From assembly GCF_024298765.1 (NCBI RefSeq), contig NZ_CP101210.1: a stretch of 64,000 bases of DNA; one strand, given 5' to 3'. This DNA is from Escherichia coli (lineage in GTDB: Bacteria > Pseudomonadota > Gammaproteobacteria > Enterobacterales > Enterobacteriaceae). The notes beneath the pieces are model-generated. The model saw nothing but the letters and a program-made list of their open reading frames with translations. It was not told the origin of the DNA and did no database searches. This document shows positions 27,655 to 37,056 of this stretch, one piece after another. The position numbers and the translations under genes are program-made. Each line of letters starts with the position of its first letter. The first letter of the stretch is position 1.

Positions 27655-28620
27655 ATGATTAGCGGCGTGCTGTACGCCCTGTTAGCAGGGTTGATGTGGG
27701 GGCTTATTTTTGTCGGGCCGTTGATCGTACCGGAATACCCGGCGATGTTGCAGTCGATGGGGCGTTACCTGGCGCTAGGGTTAATTGCGCTGCCCATTGC
27801 CTGGCTGGGACGCGTGCGTCTGCGTCAGTTGGCGCGTCGCGACTGGCTTACCGCCTTGATGCTCACCATGATGGGCAACCTTATCTATTACTTCTGCCTT
27901 GCAAGTGCCATTCAACGTACTGGCGCGCCTGTTTCCACGATGATTATCGGCACCCTGCCGGTGGTGATTCCCGTTTTTGCCAATCTGCTTTATAGCCAGC
28001 GCGACGGCAAACTCGCATGGGGAAAACTCGCCCCGGCACTGGTTTGTATTGGCATCGGCCTGGCGTGTGTGAATATTGCTGAGTTAAACCACGGACTCCC
28101 CGATTTTGACTGGGCACGTTATACCTCAGGCATCGTGCTGGCGTTAGTTTCCGTAGTCTGCTGGGCATGGTATGCCCTGCGCAACGCCCGCTGGCTGCGG
28201 GAGAATCCCGACAAACATCCGATGATGTGGGCGACGGCGCAGGCGCTGGTCACGCTGCCGGTTTCTCTCATCGGCTATCTCGTCGCCTGTTACTGGCTGA
28301 ATACGCAAACGCCGGGCTTCTCCCTACCCTTTGGCCCCCGTCCGCTGGTGTTTATTAGTCTGATGGTTGCGATAGCCGTGCTTTGCTCATGGGTTGGCGC
28401 ACTCTGCTGGAACGTCGCCAGCCAGCGATTACCGACAGTGATTCTCGGGCCGCTGATTGTTTTCGAAACGCTGGCAGGCTTGCTGTACACCTTTTTGTTA
28501 CGCCAGCAAATGCCGCCGCTAATGACGCTGAGCGGTATCGCGCTGTTAGTGGTTGGCGTGGTCATTGCAGTCAGAGCAAAACCAGAAAAACCTTTAACTG
28601 AATCTGTCTCAGAAAGTTGA
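27655..28620 (+). CDS. ytfF: Inner-membrane DMT/EamA-family transporter
   Basis: Multi-TM ORF; start taken at MISGVLYALL (321 aa). Confidence 0.85.
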   Translation: MISGVLYALLAGLMWGLIFVGPLIVPEYPAMLQSMGRYLALGLIALPIAWLGRVRLRQLARRDWLTALMLTMMGNLIYYFCLASAIQRTGAPVSTMIIGTLPVVIPVFANLLYSQRDGKLAWGKLAPALVCIGIGLACVNIAELNHGLPDFDWARYTSGIVLALVSVVCWAWYALRNARWLRENPDKHPMMWATAQALVTLPVSLIGYLVACYWLNTQTPGFSLPFGPRPLVFISLMVAIAVLCSWVGALCWNVASQRLPTVILGPLIVFETLAGLLYTFLLRQQMPPLMTLSGIALLVVGVVIAVRAKPEKPLTESVSES

Positions 28621-28678
28621 CACGCTGGCAGTGAGTTAAATAAGCCTCTGCTACGTAAGGGTTATAGCTTTTGCCTTA

Positions 28679-28701
28679 AAGATGCATTTAAAATGCATCT
28701 T
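28679..28701 (+). promoter_or_regulatory. NsrR operator upstream of ytfE
   Basis: Perfect 11-1-11 palindrome AAGATGCATTT-A-AAATGCATCTT, 27 nt upstream of the ytfE ATG. Confidence 0.7.
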
Positions 28702-28727
28702 ATCTTATTAAGAATGAGGTATCAGCT

Positions 28728-29390
28728 ATGGCTTATCGCGACCAACCTTTAGGTGAACTGGCGCTCTCTATTCCTCGCGCTTCGGCTCTGTTTCGTAAAT
28801 ATGATATGGATTACTGCTGTGGCGGTAAGCAGACGCTGGCGCGCGCGGCGGCACGTAAAGAACTGGATGTTGACGTCATTGAAGCCGAACTGGCAAAGCT
28901 TGCTGAACAACCGATTGAGAAAGACTGGCGTAGCGCCCCGCTGGCAGAAATCATCGACCATATCATCGTGCGCTACCACGATCGCCATCGCGAGCAGCTG
29001 CCGGAGCTGATCCTGCAAGCGACTAAAGTCGAGCGCGTTCACGCCGACAAACCGAGCGTGCCAAAAGGGCTGACAAAATACCTGACTATGCTGCATGAAG
29101 AGCTTTCCAGCCACATGATGAAAGAAGAGCAGATCCTCTTCCCGATGATCAAACAAGGCATGGGCAGCCAGGCAATGGGGCCAATCAGCGTAATGGAAAG
29201 CGAGCACGATGAAGCGGGTGAACTGCTGGAAGTGATCAAACACACCACCAATAACGTCACACCGCCGCCAGAAGCCTGCACCACCTGGAAAGCGATGTAT
29301 AACGGTATCAATGAATTGATTGATGACCTGATGGATCACATTAGTCTGGAAAATAATGTACTGTTCCCGCGCGCGCTGGCGGGTGAGTGA
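28728..29390 (+). CDS. ytfE: Iron-sulfur cluster repair di-iron protein (RIC)
   Basis: 220 aa ORF; hemerythrin-like His/Glu-rich repeats; NsrR box upstream. Confidence 0.93.
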   Translation: MAYRDQPLGELALSIPRASALFRKYDMDYCCGGKQTLARAAARKELDVDVIEAELAKLAEQPIEKDWRSAPLAEIIDHIIVRYHDRHREQLPELILQATKVERVHADKPSVPKGLTKYLTMLHEELSSHMMKEEQILFPMIKQGMGSQAMGPISVMESEHDEAGELLEVIKHTTNNVTPPPEACTTWKAMYNGINELIDDLMDHISLENNVLFPRALAGE

Positions 29391-29403
29391 TTTGTTCGAT
29401 CAA

Positions 29404-29434
29404 CGCACCTGGTTTACACAATCAGGTGCGTTTT
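29404..29434 (+). terminator. Rho-independent terminator after ytfE
   Basis: CGCACCTG-gtttacacaat-CAGGTGCG hairpin followed by TTTT. Confidence 0.65.
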
Positions 29435-29636
29435 CAAATGCTTTGAGTTATTCACCACTCCGGGACAATCTTTTGTATCTACTGAACTGGGAAAATTCAT
29501 TATTCAGCCAATAATAAGTTCCTTCAACGGTTACTAACTTATTTTTTTCATTAATATAATTACTTATTCATCGCTCCTGTATAAGCCAGAATAAAATCAC
29601 CCATTCCCTAGTTTTTACGTGTACATCCAGCTACCG

Positions 29637-30704
29637 CTACGCTTCCACCCACACCGACCCGCCATCATGGCGGTTCATCAGCGACCACAGCACATGGAAT
29701 TTCTCGCCTCTTTTATACTCCCCCTCCATTTTCCTGTCCGTCCATTCTGGCATCTGCTCTCCCTGCTCCAGTGTCACCGTCGCTTGTCTACCTTCTACAA
29801 AAATCGACCACTCCCCGCTATGAGGACAAGCTTCACCGCTAAAGGCCGCTATCCGCTGCCGGTCTGTAACATACTGCGCTTCGCGCTGTGGCCAGTTGTA
29901 CAACTCCTCCGGCATGCCCTGTGGGAAAAATCCCTCCGGCGGCACATTGATAAATCGGTTTGCCACCCGCCGTATACGTTTCCAATTGCATTTTGCCCAC
30001 GCCCCGCTTTCCCAGTAATATTCTTGTATCCCAGCCTCGTTGACATACTTCGTTCGTACCCGCCCCTGCCAAGCCTCGGGAATATGTTCACTCCGGTACA
30101 ACAGTTGGGCGCTGGCATCTGGGATATCCGGCAGATACAGGCCAGCCACCGTTACCGGGTCATCCTCACGCAGGTATACGCTACTATCCAGCTCATACAA
30201 CGGTAATTGCATCGGCAGGGCCAGCGGGCCGTGCAGACTTTCCTCATAATAATAAGTCAGTTCGCCGTCATACCAGTATCCGCCCGAGGTACGTCTGATT
30301 AAATTATTATAATGTGCACCTCGCCATTTCAGTCTGTCATACTGTTTTTGCGCGGCGAGTGACATCCAGTCCGACGGATAATCAATTAGTCCTTTCATAT
30401 CACTGCTAATATTGCCCCCGGATTGCAGTACCCGCAGGTCCCCCTGCTGTAGCTGAATAAAGTCATACTGTACCGACTTTAAAGTACTGCGGATATTGGG
30501 CAACACTCGCCCGCCCCAGACGACGTCAATCTGCTCGCACAGCGGACGACGGCGCACATCCAGCGGCATGGCCTTGCTCCACTCTGCCACCTGTCGCTCG
30601 CACAGCTCGACAAACTCCTGCCACCCCTCAAAACGACGCCGATAATATTCCGGCGACATTATTCTTTCCAGCAACCAGCACTCCTGTGGATGTAATATAG
30701 CCAC
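29637..30704 (-). CDS. Hypothetical Trp/Tyr-rich cytoplasmic protein (355 aa from GTG with AGGAG Shine-Dalgarno; ORF track gives 373 aa from ATG at 30758)
   Basis: Long ORF in the ytfE-cycA insertion; no signal peptide, no TM segment, no motif I recognise; 16 Trp by my count. Confidence 0.6.
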   Translation of the reverse strand: MAILHPQECWLLERIMSPEYYRRRFEGWQEFVELCERQVAEWSKAMPLDVRRRPLCEQIDVVWGGRVLPNIRSTLKSVQYDFIQLQQGDLRVLQSGGNISSDMKGLIDYPSDWMSLAAQKQYDRLKWRGAHYNNLIRRTSGGYWYDGELTYYYEESLHGPLALPMQLPLYELDSSVYLREDDPVTVAGLYLPDIPDASAQLLYRSEHIPEAWQGRVRTKYVNEAGIQEYYWESGAWAKCNWKRIRRVANRFINVPPEGFFPQGMPEELYNWPQREAQYVTDRQRIAAFSGEACPHSGEWSIFVEGRQATVTLEQGEQMPEWTDRKMEGEYKRGEKFHVLWSLMNRHDGGSVWVEA

Positions 30705-30958
30705 TTTATCTCCTGATTTATTAATTAATTGTCTATTGATACTTTTATTTCGGTACATAAATATTTGTTTGCAACTGAGACACAGCTATATACATATCCA
30801 CTTCATCTATCATCGGTACGCTGACCGTCAAAATAGACGCTGCGTTTATCGGCAGCGAAAGCGCCGAATGCCTGAAAACTGGCGGCATCAACATTAGGTT
30901 CACCGGATGGATTTTTCAGGACTTTGCCTGCCCAAAGGACAGAACGTCCATCGGTGAG

Positions 30959-31237
30959 TCAGGTATGCTGGCAATCCCCCTCATCATCGCAATCGAACTT
31001 ATCGGGATTAAAATCGGACAGTAACCGGGAATCTTGTTTATTGGCTAAATTGGCAATGCGCCAGAGGCGGGACAAATTAACGTCCGGCAGTTCGGAGAGG
31101 ATCTCATCTTTTTTCCCCTTCTGTTCGGCAACGTAAACAGTGCCTTTCTCCTGCTGGCGGTAATAAAAATCCGCGCCCCAGGAAGGTGAAATGGAGAGAG
31201 GTAATGCGGCGATTAATAACCAACTGCGCTTAACCAT
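30959..31237 (-). CDS. Hypothetical small secreted protein (signal peptide, acidic Cys-containing C-terminus)
   Basis: ORF 30959-31261; start taken at ATG giving MVKRSWLLIAALPLSISPSWGA signal peptide; C-terminus DCDDEGDCQHT. Confidence 0.5.
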   Translation of the reverse strand: MVKRSWLLIAALPLSISPSWGADFYYRQQEKGTVYVAEQKGKKDEILSELPDVNLSRLWRIANLANKQDSRLLSDFNPDKFDCDDEGDCQHT

Positions 31238-31321
31238 AATGAACTCTGCAATGAGTGGCAAAGATTCACGGTAAGCCCGCGCCTGGGGGGATGTCGATGA
31301 CGGTAAGTTTTTTTAGGAATG

Positions 31322-31350
31322 TATAAAGACAAAGGCACCCGCAGGTGCCT
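31322..31350 (-). terminator. Putative terminator downstream of cycA
   Basis: AAGGCACC-CGCA-GGTGCCTT hairpin followed on the minus strand by a T-rich tract. Confidence 0.5.
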
Positions 31351-31371
31351 TTCAGAGTGATAAACGCGGCA

Positions 31372-32775
31372 TTACTTCGCCATGCGTTTTTTACCAATAA
31401 ACAACCAGCCCAGCCCCAGCAAGATAAACCATAACGGGGTAACTATCAGCGCCTGGCGAGTGTCATCTTCCAGTGTCAGCAGCACGATCACGAACACAAA
31501 GAACGCCATACATACCCAGCACATCAGCTTACCGAGCGGCATCTTGTAGATTGATTTCTCATGCAGGTGCGGACGCTGTTTGCGATACACCAGGTACGAG
31601 CAAAGGATAATCGTCCAGACGAACATAAACAGGATCGCGGAAACCGTCGTGATCATCGTGAACGCACCAATCACGCTGGGATTCACATACAACATCACCA
31701 CGCCGCCGAGCAGACAGATGCAGGAGAAGGTCAGCCCTTTCGCGGGTACTGCGCGCTTAGAGAGTTTAGCGAACGCTTTCGGTGCCACACCTTCCTGCGC
31801 CAGACCAAACAGCATACGGCTGGTAGAGAAGACGCCACTGTTAGCGGAAGACGCCGCAGACGTCAGCACCACAAAGTTAATCACGCTTGCGGCAGCAGGC
31901 AGACCTACCAATACAAACAGTTCAACAAACGGGCTTTTCTCCGCGACCACCGAACTCCACGGCGTCACAGACATAATCACAATCAGCGCGAAGACGTAGA
32001 ACATAATGATACGGATCGGAATGGAGTTAATCGCGCGTGGCAGTGATTTCTCCGGATCTTTGGTTTCCGCAGCTGTTGTACCTACCAGCTCAATCCCCAC
32101 GAAAGCGAAAACCGCTATCTGGAATCCGGCAAAGAAGCCACTTAAACCTTTCGGGAACCAGCCGCCATCATTCCACAAATGCGTGAATGACGCTTCCACG
32201 CCAGTCGGTGACTGGAAGTGCATCATCACCATGATCAAACCAACGACAATCAGTGACACGATGGCGACAATTTTGATCATCGCAAACCAGAACTCCATCT
32301 CACCGAACATTTTTACCGTGGCGAGGTTTAGAACCAGTAACAGAATGATCACGGATAACGAAGCAACCCAGTCAGAAAGCCCAGGGAACCAGAATTGCGC
32401 ATATGCGGTAATGGCAACGACATCTGCCATCCCGGTTACTACCCAACAGAACCAGTAGGTCCAACCAGTAAAATACCCTGCCCACGGCCCCAGTAGATCG
32501 GAAGCGAAGTCACTAAAAGATTTGTATTCCAGATTCGAAAGCAGCAATTCCCCCATTGCTCGCATCACGAAAAAGAGCATAAAACCGATGATCATATAAA
32601 CGAAGATGATCGACGGTCCGGCAAGACTGATTGTTTTACCGGAACCCATAAACAGCCCCGTACCAATGGCCCCACCAATGGCAATAAGCTGGATATGTCG
32701 GTTTGTGAGATTGCGCCGTAGCGACTGTTCAGCCGGAGCCTGTTCTTCGGCAACGACTTTTACCTGATCTACCAT
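31372..32775 (-). CDS. cycA: D-serine/D-alanine/glycine:H+ symporter (APC family)
   Basis: 467 aa 12-TM ORF recognised as CycA (MVDQVKVVAEEQAPAEQSLRRNLTNRHIQLIAIGG...). Confidence 0.93.
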   Translation of the reverse strand: MVDQVKVVAEEQAPAEQSLRRNLTNRHIQLIAIGGAIGTGLFMGSGKTISLAGPSIIFVYMIIGFMLFFVMRAMGELLLSNLEYKSFSDFASDLLGPWAGYFTGWTYWFCWVVTGMADVVAITAYAQFWFPGLSDWVASLSVIILLLVLNLATVKMFGEMEFWFAMIKIVAIVSLIVVGLIMVMMHFQSPTGVEASFTHLWNDGGWFPKGLSGFFAGFQIAVFAFVGIELVGTTAAETKDPEKSLPRAINSIPIRIIMFYVFALIVIMSVTPWSSVVAEKSPFVELFVLVGLPAAASVINFVVLTSAASSANSGVFSTSRMLFGLAQEGVAPKAFAKLSKRAVPAKGLTFSCICLLGGVVMLYVNPSVIGAFTMITTVSAILFMFVWTIILCSYLVYRKQRPHLHEKSIYKMPLGKLMCWVCMAFFVFVIVLLTLEDDTRQALIVTPLWFILLGLGWLFIGKKRMAK

Positions 32776-33083
32776 GTTTTTTTCTTCCTGTACCTGTCTG
32801 TGTTGTTCAGGCTCTGCGGCCTTTTGTACGTCTATGATACGACGAATCTGTATCGGGACTCATCGATATTAGGTAAGAATAAGCGGGATGAATACTAAGA
32901 TTTAAATATTATGTTAATTACATGTTGAATTTGAGGGTCATATCACTCTGGTAACGCGAAACAGCTCACAAAAATAACCGCAACAGAGCCATTTGCAACA
33001 TAAAATATCGACAGTAAGCAAATTCTAGTTTTTACGCTCTGTTGTCCATTCCCCTCAAATCTGAGGGGAACAGAATGCGCTGC

Positions 33084-33704
33084 TTAGAGGATTTCCAGCA
33101 GTTCGACTTCAAACACCAGGGTGCTGAACGGAGGGATGGACGCGCCTGCGCCACGCTCGCCATATGCCAGTTCCTGCGGGATAGTCAGTTCCCATTTAGA
33201 ACCTACCGGCATCAGAGTCAGTGCTTCAATCCAGCCAGGGATCACGCCATTAACCGGGAATTCAGCTGGCTCGCCGCGAGCAACGGAGCTGTCAAACACG
33301 GTGCCGTCGATCAGTTTTCCGGTGTAATGAACACGAACGCGGTCGGTACGTGCCGGAATTGCGCCTTCACCCTGGTTGATCACGCGGAATTGCAGGCCAG
33401 ATTCGGTGCTATTTACACCTTCTTTTTTGGCGTTTTCTTCCAGGTATTTCACACCTTCAGCAGCCATCGCCTGGAAACGCTGACGACGAACGGCATCGGC
33501 GCGTTCGTGGATTTCACGCAGCGCGCGGTGCACCACATCAACCGGAACAGCCGGATGTTTGCCTTCCAGCGCATCGGCAATGCCTGCAACCAGTGCTTCT
33601 GGCAGCAGCCCTTCCAGGCCAGATTCACTCAGTTGTTGCCCTACCTGCAAACCAATGCCGTAGCTTGCTTGCGCTTCGATGGTGTCAAAAGTTGGGGTGG
33701 TCAT
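33084..33704 (-). CDS. fklB: FKBP-type peptidyl-prolyl cis-trans isomerase
   Basis: Start at [18 protein letters not shown] (206 aa); FKBP domain at C-terminus. Confidence 0.92.
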
Positions 33705-33921
33705 CGTATTTCCTTTCTTAGGGTATAAAGTAGCGGGCAGCATATCAGCCACACTTCTTTGGGTAAAACTTTGTCGCGGGAATGATGACAAATCCCGGGG
33801 AAAAAGAAACAATAGCAATATCCCGTATGAATATAATAAAGGCGGGTTTACCACGGACATCATAGCGTTAGCTTATTCATAGGCTATGATTGAGGAACAA
33901 GACGCGGAGCAGGAGGAAACC

Positions 33922-34560
33922 ATGCCCGGGCGCTTTGAACTAAAACCAACCCTGGAGAAAGTCTGGCACGCGCCGGACAATTTTCGCTTCATGGACCCGC
34001 TGCCGCCGATGCATCGTCGGGGGATCATTATTGCCGCCATTGTATTGGTGGTCGGATTTCTGCTTCCATCTGATGATACGCCCAACGCGCCGGTGGTGAC
34101 GCGTGAAGCACAGTTAGATATTCAGTCGCAATCACAACCACCGACAGAAGAACAGCTGCGGGCGCAATTAGTTACGCCACAAAATGATCCTGATCAGGTG
34201 GCTCCGGTCGCTCCAGAACCAATACAGGAAGGCCAGCCAGAAGAACAGCCGCAAACCACCCAAACGCAACCATTCCAGTCAGATAGCGGAATTGATAATC
34301 AATGGCGCTCCTATCGTGTCGAACCTGGTAAAACGATGGCGCAACTGTTCCGCGACCACGGACTGCCCGCTACCGATGTCTATGCCATGGCGCAGGTAGA
34401 AGGCGCGGATAAGCCACTGAGTAATTTGCAAAACGGGCAGATGGTGAAAATCCGCCAGAACGCCAGCGGCGTGGTGACGGGCTTAACCATTGATACGGGG
34501 AATAATCAACAGGTCCTGTTTACCCGCCAGCCGGATGGCAGTTTTATTCGTGCGCGGTAG
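33922..34560 (+). CDS. ytfB: Cell-division-associated protein YtfB (OapA/LysM-like C-terminus)
   Basis: Start at [10 protein letters not shown] (212 aa); single TM segment and Pro/Gln-rich linker. Confidence 0.88.
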
Positions 34561-35191
34561 ATGAAGGGTCAACCAAAAGCCAGCTAAGGATTGTCTCTTT
34601 GATGACCTTACGTCTGGCTTCCAGTGCCTGGGGTGAAACCATACTGATGTGATAAACCAGGCCAAGCGTATGCTGGTTGATCAAATAATATCCCCCAAGC
34701 GCAGCAATATTAATATTCACCTGCAATGGGTCGATATCTGGCTTAAAAATATTGTGTTTCTTCCCTTCATCCAATAAGGATTCCATTAACTGCAAGTGCG
34801 CATGGTTAATTTCTAAGAGACGCTGTGATTTTGCATAATGCACACCTTTACTTTGATTTTCACTATGCACAATTTTTAAAAACCAGGGATTAGAAATATA
34901 ATAATCCCATGTAAAATCGATTATTTTCTCAATGGCTTTCTGTGGCGGAAGATCTGAGAAATCAAGGGCCTTTTCTTTTTGTCGAATATCGTTCCAGGTA
35001 TATTCCAGTACTTCGATAAATAAATTTTCTTTATTACCAAAGTGGTGATAAACCGTCTGTTTACTGCACCCCGCGGCCTTGACGATATTATCGACTCTGG
35101 CCCCTTCGTAACCATATTCGGCAAATTCATTAACCGCGCATAACAGCAGCTTTTCTTTCAGGCTCTGTACGTTGCTGGTATCAAGATACAT
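34544..35191 (-). CDS. TetR/AcrR-family transcriptional regulator
   Basis: HTH region [44 protein letters not shown]; start taken at [11 protein letters not shown]-rich; divergent from the downstream operon. Confidence 0.8.
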
Positions 35192-35313
35192 AACGCTTCC
35201 CCACGACCTCTTCGTGGTGACTATCATAACCTGATTTGATTTCAGCTTCAGAAAAAAGGGCAAAAACTTGTACTTTCATCAGGTTATCAAATGTCCTGTG
35301 ATCGCCATCGCAT

Positions 35314-35335
35314 ATCAACCAACTAGATGGTTGAT
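35314..35335. promoter_or_regulatory. Candidate TetR operator (inverted repeat ATCAACCA-actaga-TGGTTGAT)
   Basis: Perfect 8-bp arms in the divergent intergenic region between the TetR gene and the SDR gene. Confidence 0.35.
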
Positions 35336-35403
35336 CTTTTTATCCTCCAGTCGCAAGCTAATCATCACTAAGGAAACAAAATTCAAAAAAAGAGAGCTAT
35401 TGT

Positions 35404-36195
35404 ATGAAATCCACTCGTCCTGTTGCCGTGATTACCGGAGCCGCACGTGGTATTGGAAAGGGCTGTGCGCTGGAGCTTGCGCGTGGCGGATTTAATCTGC
35501 TGATTAATGATCGTCCGGATACCGATAGCGTAGAAAAATTACATGCCACACAACAAGAATGTCTGGCGGAAGGCGTGGAAGTGATTTGCTTCCCTGCTGA
35601 TGTTGGCGATCTCTCCCTGCATGAAGAGATGCTCGACGCAGCGCAAAACCAGTGGGGACGTCTGGACTGCCTGCTCAACAACGCAGGCATTTCAGTGAAA
35701 AAACGCGGTGATCTTCTCGACCTCGAACCAGACAGCTTCGACCAAAATATTGCCATTAACACCCGCGCACCGTTCTTCCTCGCTCAGGCATTCAGTAAGC
35801 GCTTACTGGCACAGCCGAAACCGGAAGCAGAACTGCCGCACCGCTCGATTATTTTCGTCAGTTCCATCAACGCCATCATGCTGGCGATGAATCGCGGCGA
35901 ATATACCATTGCCAAAACTGCCGTCTCTGCCGCTGCTCGTCTGTTTGCTGCTCGCCTTTGTAATGAACAAATTGGCGTTTATGAAGTGCGTCCTGGTCTC
36001 ATCAAAACCGATATGACTATTCCGGCAACGGCCTATTACGACGAACTGATTGCCAAAGGTCTGGTGCCGTGGGGACGTTGGGGTTATCCGGCTGATATTG
36101 CTTCCACTGTCCGCGCGATGGCGGAAGGTAAACTGATTTACACCTGTGGTCAGGCGGTCGCCATCGACGGCGGCTTAAGTATGCCGCGCTTCTGA
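35404..36195 (+). CDS. Short-chain dehydrogenase/reductase (SDR) family oxidoreductase
   Basis: 263 aa; TGAARGIG cofactor motif near the N-terminus. Confidence 0.85.
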   Translation: MKSTRPVAVITGAARGIGKGCALELARGGFNLLINDRPDTDSVEKLHATQQECLAEGVEVICFPADVGDLSLHEEMLDAAQNQWGRLDCLLNNAGISVKKRGDLLDLEPDSFDQNIAINTRAPFFLAQAFSKRLLAQPKPEAELPHRSIIFVSSINAIMLAMNRGEYTIAKTAVSAAARLFAARLCNEQIGVYEVRPGLIKTDMTIPATAYYDELIAKGLVPWGRWGYPADIASTVRAMAEGKLIYTCGQAVAIDGGLSMPRF

Positions 36196-36204
36196 GGCTG
36201 AATC

Positions 36205-37047
36205 ATGAGAGATCTGTTACAACGCCCGGATTTATTCAGTATCAATACCGCGACACTGGGCTATAAAACGCCGCTGCCCGCCATTATTGATGCCTGCGCC
36301 GCACGCGGTATTGGCGCCATTGCCCCCTGGCGCAGGGAGTTGCAGGGTGAAGATCTCCAGCAAATCGCCCGCCAGCTTGCTGCCAGTAACATAAACGTTT
36401 CCGGTTTGTGCCGTAGCACCTACTACACCGCACCGACGCTGGCGGAGCGCAAACTGGCGATTGACGATAACCGCCGGGCGCTGGACGACGCCGCTGTACT
36501 GAACGCCGCCTGTTATATGCAGGTGGTTGGCGGTCTGCCAATGGGAACAAAAGATCTGTATGAAGCGCGGGAACAAGTGAAACAAGGGATTCGCCAGTTA
36601 CTGCCACATTCGAAAGAGGTCGGCGTGCCGATTGCGCTGGAGCCGCTACACCCGATGACCGCAGCCGATCGTTCCTGTTTGTGCACGTTACGTCAGGCGC
36701 TGGACTGGTGTGATGAACTCGATCCCGATGGCGAATTTGGCCTCGGCGTGGCGGTAGATGTCTACCATGTCTGGTGGGACCCGGATCTCGCCAGTCAGAT
36801 CCTGCGTGCCGGAAAACGCATCCTCGCGTTTCATGTTTCCGACTGGTTAGTGCCGACCACCGATCTGGTCAATGACCGTGGAATGCCGGGAGATGGTGTC
36901 ATCAATATTCCGTCAATTCGTCGGCTGGTTGAAAACGCCGGATTTAATGGCGCTATTGAACTGGAAATATTCTCACCGTACTGGTGGCAGAAAGATATTA
37001 ACAGCACGCTGGATATTAGCGTCGATCGCATCGCACATTATTGTTAA
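36205..37047 (+). CDS. Sugar phosphate isomerase/epimerase (xylose-isomerase-like TIM barrel)
   Basis: 280 aa; family assigned from overall resemblance only; 9-nt gap to SDR gene. Confidence 0.7.
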   Translation: MRDLLQRPDLFSINTATLGYKTPLPAIIDACAARGIGAIAPWRRELQGEDLQQIARQLAASNINVSGLCRSTYYTAPTLAERKLAIDDNRRALDDAAVLNAACYMQVVGGLPMGTKDLYEAREQVKQGIRQLLPHSKEVGVPIALEPLHPMTAADRSCLCTLRQALDWCDELDPDGEFGLGVAVDVYHVWWDPDLASQILRAGKRILAFHVSDWLVPTTDLVNDRGMPGDGVINIPSIRRLVENAGFNGAIELEIFSPYWWQKDINSTLDISVDRIAHYC

Positions 37048-37056
37048 GGAATAATC

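Noticed and set aside
28749-29339. 196-aa minus-strand ORF covering ytfE, with similar cases at 5632-6150 in fbp, 4449-5180 in mpl, 33042-33728 in fklB and 62862-63434 in rnr
   Set aside because: Shadow ORFs fully contained in the opposite strand of confidently identified genes.
35268-35495. 75-aa ORF spanning the TetR/SDR divergent intergenic region
   Set aside because: Overlaps the candidate operator and the 5' end of the SDR gene in another frame; no independent support.
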